From the IMG/VR virus record IMGVR_UViG_2875459517_000006, positions 44,924-64,923 of that record: a DNA stretch of 20,000 bases; one strand, written 5' to 3'. The notes below the pieces were generated by a model. That model made no database searches. It saw only the letters and a program-made list of their open reading frames with translations, and was not told the origin of the DNA. Both the position numbers and the translations under genes were made by a program. Shown here piece after piece: positions 16,514 through 20,000 of this stretch. The stretch's first letter is position 1. Each line of letters begins with the position of its first letter. This DNA is from an uncultured virus (IMG/VR IMGVR_UViG_2875459517_000006) (lineage: Duplodnaviria; Heunggongvirae; Uroviricota; Caudoviricetes).

Positions 16514-16550
16514 TTTAACGCCTCCTTTGCGATATAGTTGAGATACAACG

Positions 16551-16745
16551 TCACTCATTTGGCGCGTATGTCATATCTTCATCGTACCTTTGGTTTGCGA
16601 TATCCCAAGCTTCGTCGTAATCTAAGTTGTTAGTTTGAATAAATAAGTTCAGCAATTGAAGAATATAACTGTAATCATCCGTCAGTTTTTCAAATTCTGC
16701 TTGTTTTTCCGCGCTCAACTCATTCACCAGGATAGTTCCCTTCAT
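16551..16745 (-). CDS. Hypothetical protein
   Basis: 64 aa; AAAGGAGG RBS. Confidence 0.65.
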   Translation of the reverse strand: MKGTILVNELSAEKQAEFEKLTDDYSYILQLLNLFIQTNNLDYDEAWDIANQRYDEDMTYAPNE

Positions 16746-16957
16746 TTTAGCGCCTCCTTTGCGATTCTATTGATTTCCCTAAGAACGATATCTCCCTTAG
16801 AAATACTCGATACGGTCGCGATTGTACTAAGCGCAGGAACACAGCGCCGGAGTTCCTTATTCCGCAGTTCAAGCCGGTCATTCTTCGCCTTTAACCGCTC
16901 GTTCTCGCCAATCAAATCCGCCACAGCACAGCGTAATCGTTTAACTTCTTCGGTCAC
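16742..16957 (-). CDS. Hypothetical coiled-coil protein
   Basis: 71 aa; GTG start, AAAGGAGG RBS. Confidence 0.65.
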   Translation of the reverse strand: MTEEVKRLRCAVADLIGENERLKAKNDRLELRNKELRRCVPALSTIATVSSISKGDIVLREINRIAKEALK

Positions 16958-17163
16958 TTTAACGCCTCCTTTAGATCATCTAACAGTTCAGCTTCCGCAT
17001 ATAATTCGCTCATATTATCTACATGCTTGTAAACCAATCCGACGACACTCTCGATGCCTTCCTCTAACCAATTAATTTTTTCCTTCAATCGCTCGTTCTC
17101 GCGCTTAAGTGTTCGTAATTCATCCGCAATGTCCTCCGCTCTTCTTAAATAACCATCAGCCAT
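16954..17163 (-). CDS. Hypothetical coiled-coil protein
   Basis: 69 aa; coupled to the next gene. Confidence 0.65.
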   Translation of the reverse strand: MADGYLRRAEDIADELRTLKRENERLKEKINWLEEGIESVVGLVYKHVDNMSELYAEAELLDDLKEALK

Positions 17164-17210
17164 ATTTTATTCGACCCCATTCCGTGTATTTTCGCGTTTT
17201 ACCGCTGACC

Positions 17211-17534
17211 CTACCGATTGCCCTCGACCGCCAGTAAAGCCGCTATTTCCTCGCGAAACTCCCGTATTAATCGTGCTAATTCCGCCAGAGATGTCGCATC
17301 CGAGTCGCGCAACCGCCGATTCATTACGTCGAGTACTGCGCGTTCGACCGTTGAGTGGTACGCTACTTCGCGCCACTTTTCCTTCGGCGTCGGGTCAGCG
17401 TCCGGTTTTTCCGCAAGCTTCTTCGGCCAGTTCGGCGCTTTTGTCGGGTCGGTGAAATATCGTTCATTTACGATGATGTTAAGCGAGTCGGACGTTAGTT
17501 TGTAATCCGGTGAGATCGGGATTTCAATCGCCAT
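17211..17534 (-). CDS. Hypothetical phage protein (DUF5405-like)
   Basis: YKLTSDSLNIIV...WREVAYHST pattern; AAGGAGG RBS. Confidence 0.65.
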   Translation of the reverse strand: MAIEIPISPDYKLTSDSLNIIVNERYFTDPTKAPNWPKKLAEKPDADPTPKEKWREVAYHSTVERAVLDVMNRRLRDSDATSLAELARLIREFREEIAALLAVEGNR

Positions 17535-17688
17535 GGTTGGCGTCGCCTCCTTCGTTTATTAGTCGCAATACCTTGGCGCGCAAATCGGATGGAGTGCCGG
17601 TATATTCTCCGTCGTGATAATACTGCATTTCCGGATCTAGCTTTTTTAATCCGTCAAGAATAACGTGGAGTTCATTTTCGCTAAACAT
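17524..17688 (-). CDS. Small hypothetical protein (54 aa)
   Basis: Hand translation MFSENELHVILDGLKKLDPEMQYYHDGEYTGTPSDLRAKVLRLINEGGDANHGD; GGAAGGGTG RBS; not in ORF track. Confidence 0.6.
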   Translation of the reverse strand: MFSENELHVILDGLKKLDPEMQYYHDGEYTGTPSDLRAKVLRLINEGGDANHGD

Positions 17689-17769
17689 ATCGCACACCCT
17701 TCCGTTTATTAATAAGACCTAGCAATCGTTCGCTTACGCTCACTCTTGCGGATGTTCCTAATCGCGATA

Positions 17770-17922
17770 GAATTATTATTTAATAAGTATCTGCGCGAAA
17801 AGGTTTTAATTGAGCGCTATTATTTATCTAGTTATTAATGGCTCTAGTTAAAAGATGGTTCTAGTTAGTGTAAAGTCGAGCCGTGTATGGGTCCGCCGTG
17901 TATGGCTCGGCGTCACACGGCT
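17770..17922. repeat. Putative replication origin: iterons plus AT-rich tract
   Basis: GCCGTGTATGG twice (17880-17890, 17896-17906) and inverted CACACGGC; TCTAGTTA three times (17827, 17843, 17860); AT-rich 17770-17840; directly downstream of the initiator gene. Confidence 0.6.
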
Positions 17923-18340
17923 ACGTAAGCTCCTCCGTATCTCCATCGAATATCGCAAGCTGACTGATCGGCATGATCGTATACCTTGCGTTATCCCATC
18001 GCTGCGTCTTCGGGTCCCGCGCCTTCTGCTTTACGACTAACGGCCGCTCTTGCCATCGGTATTCGCACAGCGCTTTGATCCGCCTGTTCGCCGCAGCTCG
18101 GCTGAGATTTAGCGCGCCGGCTATCTGATCCTGCGTCGGATAACATTCACCATTAGCGTTCATGAACGAAGACAGTACGCAGAGAGTCTGCCAACGCTCC
18201 GCCCCGATGTCCGCGATAAGCCCTTTCTTGACGGCGTCGACGTACATCTTAACGAAGATGCGCGTTTCGGCCTTGCCGGACGTGACGTTGTATTCCGATT
18301 GAGATTCGACGGATACGAGTCGCTGATGTTCGTCGGTCAT
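17921..18340 (-). CDS. Winged-HTH replication initiator-like protein (N-terminal domain only)
   Basis: LCVLSSFMNANGECYPTQDQIAGALNLSRAAANRRIKAL...NARYTI, an HTH_36-type pattern. Confidence 0.8.
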   Translation of the reverse strand: MTDEHQRLVSVESQSEYNVTSGKAETRIFVKMYVDAVKKGLIADIGAERWQTLCVLSSFMNANGECYPTQDQIAGALNLSRAAANRRIKALCEYRWQERPLVVKQKARDPKTQRWDNARYTIMPISQLAIFDGDTEELT

Positions 18341-18346
18341 TCGTTA

Positions 18347-18799
18347 TCACCCCGCCTCCATTTTCGATCCCATTACCGGGAACTCTGAGTAGTCTGAAAA
18401 ATATAACGGCTGCTTCCCTCGTCCGTATCCGTTCATATCGACAACTTCGCGGAGCATGATCGAGATTTGTGAGCGCCCCTGCCATACCTCGAAAGGCAGA
18501 TACGCAACTCTTCGATTTTCTAAATCTACAATCGCGAGAACATCGTAATCACTTTCCGTGTATGGTCGGTTAGCCCCGTTCGATTTTCGGTTATCGATGA
18601 TCATACGGTACCCATCGTGGCTCATCTTCGTCTTAACCTGTATCTTTACGAACGAGCCGCCAATGTCTGCGACCAGATCGTAATGCGTCCACGGAATATC
18701 TGGACTAAGACTAACAATTTCCCTTTTCGCTAAATCAGCCCGAACAATTTCCTCCGCTGCGTAACCGTAGAAATTCCGCTTACTTATTGCGCTACCCAT
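18347..18799 (-). CDS. PD-(D/E)XK endonuclease (group I intron-associated family-like)
   Basis: G..AEE.V...YDLVAD.GG.FVKIQVKT...Y.ESDYDVLAIV; GAGGAGG RBS. Confidence 0.8.
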   Translation of the reverse strand: MGSAISKRNFYGYAAEEIVRADLAKREIVSLSPDIPWTHYDLVADIGGSFVKIQVKTKMSHDGYRMIIDNRKSNGANRPYTESDYDVLAIVDLENRRVAYLPFEVWQGRSQISIMLREVVDMNGYGRGKQPLYFSDYSEFPVMGSKMEAG

Positions 18800-18876
18800 C
18801 CGACCACCTCCTCGTTTATAACTGCGTATTCAATCTCCAAAACGGACACTTTCTGATAAACTTTTTACAACCGATA

Positions 18877-18903
18877 ATATGCACGTCAAATTAATACCGC
18901 GCA
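18877..18903 (-). promoter_or_regulatory. Bipartite motif copy 2 (minus strand TGCGCGGT-N11-GTGCATAT)
   Basis: 16/16 identity in half-sites with 7633-7659; lies between the integrase terminator and the first gene of the replication operon. Confidence 0.65.
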
Positions 18904-18912
18904 AAAATGGTC

Positions 18913-18941
18913 AAAAAAAATAACCCGGCCGTATGGCCGAG
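18913..18941 (-). terminator. Rho-independent terminator after integrase
   Basis: CGGCC-4 nt-GGCCG hairpin followed by a long U-run on the minus strand. Confidence 0.7.
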
Positions 18942-20000
18942 TCATCGTCTCCGAGTTTTTCGTTTCTTATTTTTATTTTCTTGTATCTGAAGTAACGGCG
19001 AGTGCTTGCTATGCTCCTCTGTCAGTGCCTTTTTGGATAGGTGGGTGTAGCGCATTACCATACGGAGATCGCTATGGCCGAGTATCATCTGTAAATGTCG
19101 AATGTCTCCGCCGTCTTCTAAAAACATCGTGGCGCCCGTATGGCGTATTAAATGAGGATGCACGCGCTTTTTGATGCCGGCCCTATCTGCGTAGTTATTC
19201 AGACGCTGCCTAAAATTATTAGTCGTCATCTTCTCGCCGTAGTTTGCTAGAAAAACATACTCACTATCGAATTCTTCGTTTTCTCTTATAAGTTCGCGCA
19301 GCAGTCGAAGTGTTTTATCCTCTAACGGTACGAATCTGCCTCTTCGATTCTTTACGTCTTTCCCTTCGAGGATCAACGTTTTGGAGCCGAAATCAATACT
19401 TGACTCTTTAATGGACAACACTTCGCCTACACGCATCATGGAGTCGATAAGACAGGTCAGCGCAACGTAATCTCTAAATTCAACGAAAGATCGCTGATCC
19501 ATCGCATTAAGAATCGCCCGCATTTCGTCAGGCGAAAGGATGTTTATCGGGCTCTCCGGGTTCGTGATTAACGTAACCTCTTCGAACGGGTTATCGTCGG
19601 CATACGCCTCTTTAATTGCAAAACGAAAGAACGTCCGTATGGTCTTAATATAATCGTTAACTGACCGCGGAGATAACCCTTGCGTCTTATGTTCGTCCAA
19701 TTTGAAATTATGGCCGTCGAACTTTATTTTATCGTTAATCAGCCACGATACAAATCCGCGCGCAAAGTCAACGTCAATATGGCGTATGTCTGCGGACACT
19801 CCGATCTCCTCCGCGTACTTCGTTAGATACCGACAAGCGCGCATGTACTTATCGATCGTTTCCTGAACGACGTTTTCGGCGCGCTTGGCATCGCACAGTC
19901 TATCGAATATGTATTCGAGATCGTACGTACCTTTTCGCGTTGTCTTTACCGAGGCCCTTCCGGCCTTCACACGCTTACCTTTTCGATTTTCTGAATGCAT
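18942..20000 (-). CDS. int: Tyrosine recombinase / phage integrase (start at or beyond window edge)
   Basis: Catalytic set R (MRVGE), K (KN), HxxR (HLIRH), H (LGH), Y (MRYTH); N-terminal SAM-like domain. Confidence 0.93.
   Translation of the reverse strand: MHSENRKGKRVKAGRASVKTTRKGTYDLEYIFDRLCDAKRAENVVQETIDKYMRACRYLTKYAEEIGVSADIRHIDVDFARGFVSWLINDKIKFDGHNFKLDEHKTQGLSPRSVNDYIKTIRTFFRFAIKEAYADDNPFEEVTLITNPESPINILSPDEMRAILNAMDQRSFVEFRDYVALTCLIDSMMRVGEVLSIKESSIDFGSKTLILEGKDVKNRRGRFVPLEDKTLRLLRELIRENEEFDSEYVFLANYGEKMTTNNFRQRLNNYADRAGIKKRVHPHLIRHTGATMFLEDGGDIRHLQMILGHSDLRMVMRYTHLSKKALTEEHSKHSPLLQIQENKNKKRKTRRR

Larger units (their letters stand above)
1..20000. mobile_element. Temperate Bacillus-type (pro)phage, early/replication and regulatory region
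   Basis: Integrase, arbitrium-like locus, self-encoded replisome and dense small co-oriented genes; no host housekeeping genes seen. Confidence 0.92.

Noticed and set aside
17827..17922. Short repeats as a possible CRISPR array
   Set aside because: Repeats of 8-11 nt with very short spacers and no cas genes; fit iterons better.
544..18040. Numerous plus-strand ORFs (e.g. 861..1193, 2485..2829, 11542..11865, 16656..17075)
   Set aside because: Antisense shadows of well-supported minus-strand genes; no RBS or recognisable domains.
15251..18817. Recurrent CCTCCTCGTTT motif (15251, 15661, 18808)
   Set aside because: Explained as extended Shine-Dalgarno (AAACGAGGAGG) before start codons.
18800..18941. 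Attachment site next to the integrase
   Set aside because: Phage genes continue on this side; no tRNA or duplicated core is visible. att probably lies beyond the right edge.

Overview
A 20-kb slice of the early/replication region of a temperate Bacillus-type prophage (host group inferred from strong Firmicute Shine-Dalgarno sequences and the gene families). Nearly all genes are on the minus strand. From right to left: tyrosine integrase, PD-(D/E)XK endonuclease, winged-HTH replication initiator followed by an iteron/AT-rich origin-like region, many small hypothetical genes, DnaC-like loader, DnaB-like helicase and TOPRIM primase. An AT-rich regulatory island follows: a divergent Xre-HTH gene, an AimR-like receptor, an aimP-like pre-peptide absent from the ORF track (MKKILLATLIVVMAAAGFAFKYDTQNQASTEGGYKVADIRVGA), its terminator, and a sigma-70-like gene in the position normally held by aimX. 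The window ends with a gp32-like SSB, a second PD-(D/E)XK nuclease, a multi-SH3/KOW-repeat protein, a family A DNA polymerase (Leu762 type) and an Rnl2-type RNA ligase running off the left edge (also absent from the ORF track). The most interesting element is an arbitrium-like system (predicted peptide DIRVGA) apparently wired to a phage sigma factor. A bipartite motif (ATATGCAC-N11-ACCGCGCA) occurs both upstream of that sigma gene and upstream of the replication operon, and two structured intergenic RNA candidates lie downstream of the sigma gene. All assignments were made by eye; no searches or folding programs were run.
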